Source: a virus
Taxonomy: Duplodnaviria > Caudoviricetes
Direction: 5' to 3' (one strand)
Virus record (IMG/VR): IMGVR_UViG_3300037243_000030
Span: 2,512 to 66,511 of that record
Length of the DNA stretch: 64,000 nucleotides
Below are positions 56,533 through 64,000 of this stretch, one piece after another. Position numbers and translations under genes: made by a program. The notes under the pieces are model-generated. The model was not told where the DNA came from. It ran no database searches and saw only the letters and a list, made by a program, of their open reading frames with translations. The first letter of the stretch is position 1; every line of letters begins with the position of its first letter.

Positions 56533-57174
56533 TTAATTTAGCTCCTCTTTTTTATAAAATTTGGATCGTAAAGGAGTTAATAATGCTTTACTTATTGGCC
56601 AACCCCGAGCAATTCTTGAGTTTAAAGTTCTTACATTAATTTTGAAAATTTGCGCCCATTGCCCAATAGTTTTAAATTGCCCATTAAACTCCAATAAACA
56701 GGTAGTTCTTTTATTGTTTGCTTGTTCTTCATTTGTAGCCCAATGACAATTTTCTTTACAATAGTCGCCATTATTATTTTTACGATCCAATGTCGTTCCT
56801 GGGGGTCTTTCCCCCATGTCACGGAAAAAGGTTTTAAATGAATTTCTCCACTCTTCACAAACTTTTATACCCCTTGAGCCATAAATACGATATCTATTAT
56901 TATTTGGTTTATAACAACGTGAAATCATACTTTGCCATGAATAATAAGTGGGGGTTTTGCTTTTACCGTTTGCTCTCTTAATAAGGCATCCACAAGATTT
57001 CGTATGTCCATTTTTTAGATTTTCACCATTTATAACTATTAAGTTGCCGCAATCACACCGGCATTTCCATTGAGTTTTATTATTTTTTCTGTTGTCTAAA
57101 TTTAGGACGATTAATTTACTGAATCTTTGACCAGATAAATCAATTACATGTTTCATATTTACAACCCTCGTCAA
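56533..57174 (-). CDS. Free-standing HNH homing endonuclease
   Basis: DLSGQRFSKL, WKCRCDCG, SCGC, YGSRGIKVC, LDRKNNNGDY..ENCHWAT. Confidence 0.9.
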   Translation of the reverse strand: MTRVVNMKHVIDLSGQRFSKLIVLNLDNRKNNKTQWKCRCDCGNLIVINGENLKNGHTKSCGCLIKRANGKSKTPTYYSWQSMISRCYKPNNNRYRIYGSRGIKVCEEWRNSFKTFFRDMGERPPGTTLDRKNNNGDYCKENCHWATNEEQANNKRTTCLLEFNGQFKTIGQWAQIFKINVRTLNSRIARGWPISKALLTPLRSKFYKKEELN

Positions 57175-57180
57175 AGATCA

Positions 57181-57681
57181 TTACTTCCCCTCCCGCAACA
57201 TCCCCCGCATAATCAAGCAGTAATTGGCCACATCCTGCAGGCGTTCGTCTACTTCGTTCCCGGTGACACCGGTATGGGATAATGCCACCAGATGTTTGTC
57301 AGCCAGCGTCAGGGCCACCAGAAACATGAGTTCCTTCTCGTCCACCGTTACGCCGTGTTTTTCCATAAATGGTTTCAGTACCCGGTTCGCTGTTTTCCGG
57401 AAATTCGAGAACGCATCTGCGTCCGCGCCGTATTCGGTGTTTTTATAGGAGAATAGTTTTTTGATGTCGTCTGTTGATTTGGCTATGAATTCGGCTAATT
57501 TTTCACGGGTGGTGACGTGGGATTCTGGCCCGACCCCCGCCTCCCCGTTGTATCTGTGCCAGCAGGACATACAATAATTTAACCGCCGGTCTTGTAAGTT
57601 TTTTCCGCAGATTTTACACGTTTCGCTCATTTCGCACCTCCAATAATTCGAATGGCGTCTTCCACACACCATGCAATACAA
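57181..57681 (-). CDS. Nucleotide-modification-associated (Nmad1/DUF1599-like) protein
   Basis: KNTEYG..DAFSNF...DKH...ERLQDVANYCLIM. Confidence 0.65.
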   Translation of the reverse strand: MYCMVCGRRHSNYWRCEMSETCKICGKNLQDRRLNYCMSCWHRYNGEAGVGPESHVTTREKLAEFIAKSTDDIKKLFSYKNTEYGADADAFSNFRKTANRVLKPFMEKHGVTVDEKELMFLVALTLADKHLVALSHTGVTGNEVDERLQDVANYCLIMRGMLREGK

Positions 57682-58037
57682 GTTACCGCGCCAGCATTGT
57701 CCATTTGTTTTTGAAAATTTATCTGAATCGGTTTTACTGTGTCGCCTGGTGCCTTTACTTCAATAAATCCAACTCTCGCAAATTTCGTCCCTACCATGTC
57801 GGGAGTTATAATTGTCGGTATGATTATCAGTAGGTCGGCGAATCCGGGGGGGAGCCCTTTTACGCGATTTGCATCTTCCAAAACCGTGTATGTGTGTTTG
57901 CCTCTTACTTCGCGTTTCATAAACTTTCCGCCCCAAAAATCTCCTGCGTTAGTCCGGTATGGTATTACTTTGCCTTTAGATACTCGGGATATTTCTAGTT
58001 CAATTTCGGCAGTTAGGTTGGTGCCTTTGGTGGCCAT
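57627..58037 (-). CDS. VRR-NUC domain nuclease
   Basis: GFADL, FIEVKAPG...Q..F. Confidence 0.85.
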   Translation of the reverse strand: MATKGTNLTAEIELEISRVSKGKVIPYRTNAGDFWGGKFMKREVRGKHTYTVLEDANRVKGLPPGFADLLIIIPTIITPDMVGTKFARVGFIEVKAPGDTVKPIQINFQKQMDNAGAVTCIAWCVEDAIRIIGGAK

Positions 58038-59458
58038 TATCTCAACCCTTTCTCTCCCTTAATCCTGGCCCAATCTTTATGTAGTTGGGACCAGGTAAAA
58101 CTAATGTGTTTTGCTTTACATTTGAATTCCACCCAACCCTTGGCGTAATTTCTAGTTATAGCGATTTCCGTTAATTCGGTCTGGTCACGGCACATTCCAA
58201 CTTCCATCCTCGCCGTTTTCTTCTCCATCGCCATAAACTCCACCAGGGTTCCGGCTTCCTCGGCTAACTGCCGGGGGGTCATTACATATTCGTGCTGACA
58301 ATACGGGCATTTCGGTGATGGGGGGTGGACGGCGAAACACTGGGGACATTGACGGATACTCACTGTCGGGCCGTCGGCTTGGCGACGTTTCTTTATGCCG
58401 TCCAGTGACCACTCTCGATCTTCATCAACTGCTCCATGTCTAAAAACATTGCCCACACAATCCAAAATAACAGCTTGTTTTTCTGGGTTTTCCGGGTCGC
58501 GTCTTAATGGGCGCATAGCCTGTTGCAGAAAAAGTGTGGTCGATTGTGTGGGGCGTAGTAAAATTACCGCTTCCATTGTTGGAACATTAAAGCCTTCCGA
58601 CACAAGCTCACAATTTGTCAAAATTCTTATTCGTCCCGCTCGGAAATCTTCAATTATTCGCTTACGTTCTTCCCGTGGGGTTTCACCGTCTATGTGCCTA
58701 CTTGGAATATTTGCGGCATTAAATCCTTCGGCTGTATGTATGCTGTGATCCCTACTAACACAATAGGCGATGGCTTTTTTGCCTGCGGCTAGTTGCTGGT
58801 AATGTTCTACCGCATTTCCTGTTACAACACTCTTATCCATTCTTATGGCAAGTTCTTTTGTGTCATAGTCGCCCATTTTAATTGTTATGCCTTCGAGATT
58901 CGCTACTGGTGGAGGTGCGAAATACCGAAACGGAGATAAGTGGCCGGCAGCGATTAGTTCTTTTGTGGTCGGCCCTAAAATCAAAACGTCGCTAACTTCT
59001 TTTAATCCCTGGTTTCCGAGTCTTTGCGGAGTTGCAGTAAGTCCCACGACATAAGCATCCGGCCAGTAGTTAAAGATATTTAGCCACGTTTTTGCAACAG
59101 AATGATGGTGTTCATCGGCTATGATTAGTTGAGGTTTTTGTGCTTTGCTTAATCGCCGACTTAACGTTTGGACACTGGCGATTTGGATTAAATCATCGGT
59201 TTCCTTAAATCCAGGAGCAATAATACCGTAATTAACACCGATTTCGTCAAAAGTTTCTGCAGTTTGGGAAATTAATTCAACCCTATGGACTAGAAAAATT
59301 ACTCGGTTGCCTCTTTTTGCTGCTTCATTTGCCATAAATACGATTAAGACCGTTTTTCCTGAGCCACATGGCGATGTGAAACAAATTTTACGATAGCCAG
59401 ATTGGAAGGCGGCACGAATATCACTAATGGCCTTGATTTGATAACCGCGTAATTGCAT
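58037..59458 (-). CDS. DEAD/DEAH-box (SF2) helicase
   Basis: SPCGSGKT, IADEHHH, GLTATP, SEGFNVP, QQAMRPLR, C-terminal Zn finger. Confidence 0.93.
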   Translation of the reverse strand: MQLRGYQIKAISDIRAAFQSGYRKICFTSPCGSGKTVLIVFMANEAAKRGNRVIFLVHRVELISQTAETFDEIGVNYGIIAPGFKETDDLIQIASVQTLSRRLSKAQKPQLIIADEHHHSVAKTWLNIFNYWPDAYVVGLTATPQRLGNQGLKEVSDVLILGPTTKELIAAGHLSPFRYFAPPPVANLEGITIKMGDYDTKELAIRMDKSVVTGNAVEHYQQLAAGKKAIAYCVSRDHSIHTAEGFNAANIPSRHIDGETPREERKRIIEDFRAGRIRILTNCELVSEGFNVPTMEAVILLRPTQSTTLFLQQAMRPLRRDPENPEKQAVILDCVGNVFRHGAVDEDREWSLDGIKKRRQADGPTVSIRQCPQCFAVHPPSPKCPYCQHEYVMTPRQLAEEAGTLVEFMAMEKKTARMEVGMCRDQTELTEIAITRNYAKGWVEFKCKAKHISFTWSQLHKDWARIKGEKGLR

Positions 59459-59925
59459 GTATTAATGCCTCCTGCCGTGACAACCCTCTTTTGTTCATGC
59501 CATACCAAATAATAGAACTATTTAACTTATACTGCCGTATCCAATCTGCTTGTATTTTTGTTTCACCATTAAAGGTTAATTTTTTAATGCGAGTGGTATT
59601 TTTGTTTTGTTCAGATCTTGTTATAAAACAACAATTACTTGGTGAATAACCTAGATTATTATTTTTACGTTCAATAGTTAAATTATCTTCATATCCATGA
59701 GTAAGTGCCCAATTTACAAAAACGTGAATATCGTTGCGCCATTCATCACATACTTTTATCCCTCTGCCACCATAATCAGAATAGCCTTTACATTTAGCGT
59801 TATAACATCTTCTTAACATAGAGCGGTATATTCCATAGATCCTTGTATTAGATAAACCGTGGGTCCTACATGCCTTTCGAGCCAAATCGAAATATTTTTT
59901 ACTATTAATCATGGCGTATTCTTTT
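59424..59925 (-). pseudogene. HNH endonuclease, C-terminal fragment
   Basis: THGLSNTRIYGIY..M..RCYN...YGGRGIKVC.EW...IERKNNN; N-terminus replaced by the cassette B end. Confidence 0.8.
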
Positions 59926-60381
59926 GGCTCTCCGGATAATTGGGTTGAAAAATATTTTTGCACACATACTACACTCCTTATCTAAATCGGATTATTGGGT
60001 TGAAGGATTAATTTGGTAGTTTGTCGAAGACGGTTATTTCGTCTCTTTTTTTATTTCTCGCCACTCAGCAACAGCCAAGCATAATCCATTACCTCGATGC
60101 GGGCAAAGATTTCTACACTTCTTAACTTTTTTAAGGCTAATATCACATACAACACAGGATGCGGCTTTGGCGATCCGTTCTAAAATCTCTTGTTTCATCA
60201 TCTTCATCTCCCTATTTAAATAACGCTTCATGCGGCCAATTATTCAGGATAATCTGTTGAAGTTTAGCCGCTAGCTCCCTTAACTGGTTATAGGCTACCT
60301 CGTTATCTTTCCTGATCCTTGGATCATGTGCTGAGGGTTGAGACTGTTTTACCGGGTTTCAACCCTAAAATCCGAAGACCC
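59926..60381. mobile_element. Non-autonomous ISL3-like cassette B (456 bp)
   Basis: GGCTCTCCGGATAATTGGGTTGAAA (+59926) and GGGTCTTCGGATTTTAGGGTTGAAA (-60381); internal core copy at 59987-60004; no TSD found. Confidence 0.7.
60034..60231 (-). CDS. Small Cys-containing passenger protein
   Basis: 65-aa ORF; AGGGAG RBS before the internal Met. Confidence 0.55.
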   Translation of the reverse strand: MKRYLNREMKMMKQEILERIAKAASCVVCDISLKKVKKCRNLCPHRGNGLCLAVAEWREIKKETK

Positions 60382-60442
60382 ATAACTTAACTGCAGTCAA
60401 TCTCCCAAATTTCTGCCCCGTAATATCTTTGAAAACACCCAA
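60365..60442 (-). pseudogene. HNH endonuclease, N-terminal fragment
   Basis: GGAGG then TTG; LGVFKDITGQKFGRLTAVKL, then enters the IR and stops. Confidence 0.75.
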
Positions 60443-60509
60443 TATATTCACCCCTCCCCGGCCCCGGCTTTTACACCGGGACCGCTGATTTGGTAGTCGC
60501 GGAGTTCCA

Positions 60510-60884
60510 TTAGAAGGGAATTTCTTCTTCAGGAAGTACCTGTCCGCCAAAGGGATTATTGCCGCTTTCTGATTCACTTTTTTGTTTACTGTCCAAGAAT
60601 TCTACCTGCTGGGCAACAACCTCGGTTATCCATCGCTTATCTCCGTCGGTCGTCTCATAGGTGCGAACCTGCATTCGGCCTTCTACACACACCCTGCGCC
60701 CTTTCTCTAGGTAGTTGCCAATCAATTCAGCCTGTTTTTCCCATGCGACAACAGGAATAAAATCAGCCTCTTTATTACCGAACCGATTCACGGCTAGTTT
60801 GAAATTAGCCGTCTGCTTGCCGGATTGTGTAAACCTTACGTCTGGGTCAGCAACAAGTCTTCCAATCAAAATAACTTTATTCAT
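60510..60884 (-). CDS. ssb: Single-stranded DNA-binding protein
   Basis: MNKVILIGRLVADPDVRFTQSGK, acidic tail EEEIPF. Confidence 0.95.
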   Translation of the reverse strand: MNKVILIGRLVADPDVRFTQSGKQTANFKLAVNRFGNKEADFIPVVAWEKQAELIGNYLEKGRRVCVEGRMQVRTYETTDGDKRWITEVVAQQVEFLDSKQKSESESGNNPFGGQVLPEEEIPF

Positions 60885-61792
60885 TCCTTGCATTCCTCCT
60901 GATATTTGGCCCACATTACGGGCATTTTTTCGATGATACTGCCGGCTTGTGCTATTGTTAATTTGGTCATACTGTCAATCTTAAAGAAATGGTAAGCGGC
61001 TTTTTTAATGTCTTCAGACTCGATTCCCTGCTCTTTAGCCATGGCAAATATTCTAGCAAATTGGTCTTTACTTGCGGCATCCGGTGAAGAAGAGGGTGCA
61101 GCATCGGCCCCTTGCTCTAGCCATCCTAATAACTGTTTTCCTGTGTCAATGCTTAACATAAATGTTTTTCCGTCAAACAGTGACGTGCGGTCCTTACTGG
61201 TTGTTGCTTGATGGTCTTGGTCAACATCTATAAACGATGTAAACTCGTATTCCATCCCCTCGCGCTGGATTGGGTTCATACCGATTTTTCGAATAACAGT
61301 TCTATCACCTTGCTTCTCCTGGACATAATCCATTTTTGCTCTCAGCGTGGCGATAAGATGGCATTTGCTTTGTAGGATAGACTCGACAAGTCGATTATGT
61401 TGCGGGGTAATATCGCGCCAAGCAGTCCACCCATTGCCGGTCTTTTTCTCGATCTGGCCTTTTTTGTCCAACAATCCACCTTCTCCACTCCAGGCGTGTG
61501 TTAGGCTGTCGACTATAATGCACTTAATCCCAGCGGATTCACATTCTTTAATGGCCGCTATGTATTTTTCGGGGGTGTAGGGGGTATTGATTTCGATGTA
61601 GTTATAACTGCCTAGATTAGCATATAATTCGCCTGAATGGTTTTCTGTGTCGATTAAGCATATCGATTCCCAGTCACCAGTAATTCCGAAAGCCACCAAT
61701 AATGACCCATATGTCTTTCCACTTCCAGCAGGACCGCTAATTCCTAGCCTTAGGCTTGCCTTGCGCCTTTCTGCTTTTCTCATTTGCGCCAT
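60881..61792 (-). CDS. AAA-family (Sak4-like) recombination ATPase
   Basis: GPAGSGKT, IDTE, IIVDSLTHAW.G.GG, EGMEYEF. Confidence 0.85.
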   Translation of the reverse strand: MAQMRKAERRKASLRLGISGPAGSGKTYGSLLVAFGITGDWESICLIDTENHSGELYANLGSYNYIEINTPYTPEKYIAAIKECESAGIKCIIVDSLTHAWSGEGGLLDKKGQIEKKTGNGWTAWRDITPQHNRLVESILQSKCHLIATLRAKMDYVQEKQGDRTVIRKIGMNPIQREGMEYEFTSFIDVDQDHQATTSKDRTSLFDGKTFMLSIDTGKQLLGWLEQGADAAPSSSPDAASKDQFARIFAMAKEQGIESEDIKKAAYHFFKIDSMTKLTIAQAGSIIEKMPVMWAKYQEECKE

Positions 61793-61796
61793 TTTC

Positions 61797-62291
61797 TCAC
61801 CTCACTCTCAAATGTTTTCCCACCGTATATTCTGTTCCCGGCACTGTCCTGCCGCCTTTAACCGCTTCGTAAATTCGTTCGTTACTGGGAATATGCTGTT
61901 CTGGAATAATGTCGATGAATTCAGCAGGAACATCATCTTTGTTGGTAATTTTTACTGCCCCACGGGAATTTTTCTGGATTGTCATTGTCCCTAGCGGAGT
62001 AGTAATTTTGTCTTTTTTAATCAACTCAAGATTGCTTTTATAGTAATCTTTTAACCATTCCAGACGAGCTTCGGCAGTTTTTCTGAGCGATTTAAAACGA
62101 TCTTCTTCCTCCTTGAATGATTTTACGTAACTATCCAACGTGCGAATTATTGCTATACCGTTTTGTGCTTTCACCTCGATGGCATCATTAATACATTCCA
62201 GCGTGTCTTTGAATGATTCAATATCGGCATTTTCGTCCATCATAGCTTCGATTAATTGTTGATGAGATTCGGCTAGTTTGTAGAGTTGCAT
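61797..62291 (-). CDS. Siphovirus Gp157 family protein
   Basis: MQLYKLAE, KAQNGIAIIR, IYEAVKGG..VPG. Confidence 0.85.
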   Translation of the reverse strand: MQLYKLAESHQQLIEAMMDENADIESFKDTLECINDAIEVKAQNGIAIIRTLDSYVKSFKEEEDRFKSLRKTAEARLEWLKDYYKSNLELIKKDKITTPLGTMTIQKNSRGAVKITNKDDVPAEFIDIIPEQHIPSNERIYEAVKGGRTVPGTEYTVGKHLRVR

Positions 62292-62857
62292 TACAATACC
62301 CCAGAAACATCAACCGTGATGCTTTTTCTGCTTGCCAGGTAGTCAGCGAAATGGACGATTGACTCAGCAGTGTTGGACGGTTGCTGTTTACCCGATTGCC
62401 CCATATGTGCCGCAATCAGATTTGAAATAGGGGTTTCTCCAAAGGCTTTTTCGACCTGTTCAGCGGCCACGATTTCATGGTCTTCATATGCCGCTATGTC
62501 GCCTTCGTCGGTGGTGCCGCGCTTAAATGTGTCATGCAGGATAATTGCGGCAATAACATGGTCCTTGTCTTCCTGTGTTAAGCCCAGTACAGCAGAGGCG
62601 CAATCAACACTCATTAGATAGTAGGCAATTTTTACGGCTGCTATTGTGTGACGGACTAACCCGCCATCACCCAGCGTATAAGCGGGATGATATTTACCGG
62701 AAGAACTGGCAGGGATTTTTCTGAAATACTGCGGAACAGTTTCGTCGAGAAAGGTAACGACCCTCTGCCGGATGCTGGAATTTCTGATAAGTTTAGTTAT
62801 TGATTTAAGTGTTTCAAAGTCTTTGGCATCCTCGTTCGCAAAAATATCATTCTCCAC
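62291..62857 (-). CDS. HD-domain protein
   Basis: PASSSGKYHP...GGLVRHT, ILHDTFK, HMG, HFADYLASR. Confidence 0.85.
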   Translation of the reverse strand: MENDIFANEDAKDFETLKSITKLIRNSSIRQRVVTFLDETVPQYFRKIPASSSGKYHPAYTLGDGGLVRHTIAAVKIAYYLMSVDCASAVLGLTQEDKDHVIAAIILHDTFKRGTTDEGDIAAYEDHEIVAAEQVEKAFGETPISNLIAAHMGQSGKQQPSNTAESIVHFADYLASRKSITVDVSGVL

Positions 62858-63152
62858 GTTTCAATCCCTCCAAATATCGGGCAATCTTTTCCTCAACTGC
62901 CGGGATCTTTATACCCAATTCCTCCGGCCTTGCTAGGATAAAATAGTCAACTCCGCCGACGGTTTTAGTCAATCGGTAACTGGGCATTGGTGCGGTTATA
63001 ACAACCTCGGCGTCGATGTTTGCGAATTTGGCAATATCGTGTATTTGCACATCAAGCCCTAAAAAACTGGAAGAAAGATCAATAGAGCCAGTAAGCGTTT
63101 TACATTTAGCAACGACTGATTTTATTTCCCAACTTAACTCCTCAATTGTCAT
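62847..63152 (-). CDS. Hypothetical protein
   Basis: 101 aa, coupled to neighbours. Confidence 0.65.
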   Translation of the reverse strand: MTIEELSWEIKSVVAKCKTLTGSIDLSSSFLGLDVQIHDIAKFANIDAEVVITAPMPSYRLTKTVGGVDYFILARPEELGIKIPAVEEKIARYLEGLKRGE

Positions 63153-63355
63153 GCCATCCCCTCCATCTCATCAGCTATCATCCCCAGAGCCGCCACGACC
63201 CCTCGAAACATTTCCCTTGGCATTTCGCTATCGGGGTTTTGAATTTCGTCCTCTAGCGTCCGGATTGATAACCGTATATTGTTTTTTGATTGTTCATAGT
63301 GCGCCCGGTTTTGAATAACCAGGTCGTAACCCTCTTGGAAGTCGTCCGTTTGCAA
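63149..63355 (-). CDS. Hypothetical protein
   Basis: GAGGTG then TTG; 68 aa. Confidence 0.65.
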   Translation of the reverse strand: MQTDDFQEGYDLVIQNRAHYEQSKNNIRLSIRTLEDEIQNPDSEMPREMFRGVVAALGMIADEMEGMA

Positions 63356-63378
63356 TCACCTCTCGTTTGGTTTATAAT
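63350..63378 (+). promoter_or_regulatory. Antisense sigma-A-type promoter
   Basis: TTGCAA-N17-TATAAT. Confidence 0.55.
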
Positions 63379-63397
63379 GTAAGTGAGATTTTTTCTT

Positions 63398-63422
63398 AGC
63401 GCCCTTCGAGGGTGCTTTTTTT
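63398..63422 (+). terminator. Plus-strand intrinsic terminator
   Basis: AGCGCCCT-TCG-AGGGTGCT followed by a T-run. Confidence 0.6.
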
Positions 63423-63999
63423 ATCGTTCAATCTTTGTTAATAACTGCACTCTGCTGGTTCTGAATTTGCCCTCAGTGTTTAGTGGGACTATTGCACCAA
63501 CTAACCACTCAAACCTAATCAAGCATTTCCATATTTGGCTGCGAGTGTTTTTCTTAACCCAATCTAACGCCGCTACATTTATACCGTGAGAGCAGTCGGT
63601 GAATATGTTCATGTCGGTAAATTCATCAAGTATTGAACCTTCTTCAATTACCCATTTATCCGGCGACTTGTATTGCTCGCCGAATGTTTTGTAGCAGATA
63701 TAACCTTCATCCGTACGTTCAAGTTGGGTTAAAAAATCGAATTGTTTAGTGGTATCGGGAAGTCCGTTCGCGCCAGACAGGTTCGCGCCAGACAGGTCCG
63801 CGCCATACAGGTTCGCGCCAGACAGGTTCGCGCTCCGCAGGTTCGCGCCAGACAGGTCCGCGCCATACAGGTTCGCGCCAGACAGGTCCGCGCCAGACAG
63901 GTTCGCGCCAGACAGGTCCGCGCCATACAGGTTCGCGCCAGACAGGTTCGCGCTCCGCAGGTTCGCGCTCCGCAGGTTCGCGCTCCGCAGGTTCGCGCC
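63421..63999 (-). CDS. Pentapeptide-repeat protein (5' end beyond window)
   Basis: Repeating A(N/D)L(S/R/Y)(G/S), then GYICYKTFG...CSHGINVA...[12 protein letters not shown]. Confidence 0.9.
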   Translation of the reverse strand, partial: GANLRSANLRSANLRSANLSGANLYGADLSGANLSGADLSGANLYGADLSGANLRSANLSGANLYGADLSGANLSGANGLPDTTKQFDFLTQLERTDEGYICYKTFGEQYKSPDKWVIEEGSILDEFTDMNIFTDCSHGINVAALDWVKKNTRSQIWKCLIRFEWLVGAIVPLNTEGKFRTSRVQLLTKIER

Positions 64000-64000
64000 A
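63766..64000. repeat. 15-bp tandem repeat encoding the pentapeptides
   Basis: About 15-16 units such as GTTCGCGCCAGACAG, GTCCGCGCCATACAG, GTTCGCGCTCCGCAG. Confidence 0.95.

Larger units (their letters stand above)
1..64000. mobile_element. Temperate myovirus genome (excised/circular form, opened in the early region)
   Basis: Integrase, repressor, terminases, portal, capsid, sheath/tube, baseplate, lysis and replication genes; no host housekeeping genes; attP internal with phage genes on both sides. Confidence 0.95.

Noticed and set aside
49135-60381. Shufflon/invertase system acting on the repeated ends
   Set aside because: No invertase in the window apart from the integrase; inversion would not restore either broken gene; the ends look like IS termini. 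Inversion is not formally excluded.
63729-63926. [14 protein letters not shown]..., or a CRISPR array
   Set aside because: Alternative frame of the pentapeptide repeat; tandem 15-bp units with no unique spacers

Overview
The whole window is one temperate myovirus genome from a Bacillota host (Clostridia/Negativicutes-like, an inference from the RBS style, the tRNA target and the gene families). It is in the excised or circular state: an attP (3' half of tRNA-Ala(GGC) plus integrase arm-type repeats) lies inside the sequence, with phage genes on both sides. Left to right: lysogeny module (BRO antirepressor, HTH/Xis, XRE repressor, tyrosine integrase, attP); an accessory HTH-FtsK/SpoIIIE-Replic_Relax-membrane-protein module; an expanded lysis module; tail fibres, baseplate and contractile tail; head genes interrupted by a 7.7-kb terminator-bounded block of large beta-rich proteins; terminases; late activator; and early replication and DNA-modification genes ending in a pentapeptide-repeat gene. 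Most notable: (1) two transposase-less cassettes (1196 bp and 456 bp) bounded by the same ISL3-like terminal inverted repeats, each sitting where part of a phage gene is missing; (2) tail-fibre-like and virion-like proteins with Sec-type signal peptides; (3) the FtsK/relaxase/SpoIIIAC-like module; (4) a two-chain C5 DNA methyltransferase encoded in overlapping frames; (5) an RBS-occluding hairpin over an HNH promoter; (6) an apparent ACG start codon on the antirepressor. All family assignments are by-eye motif recognition; no database searches were run.
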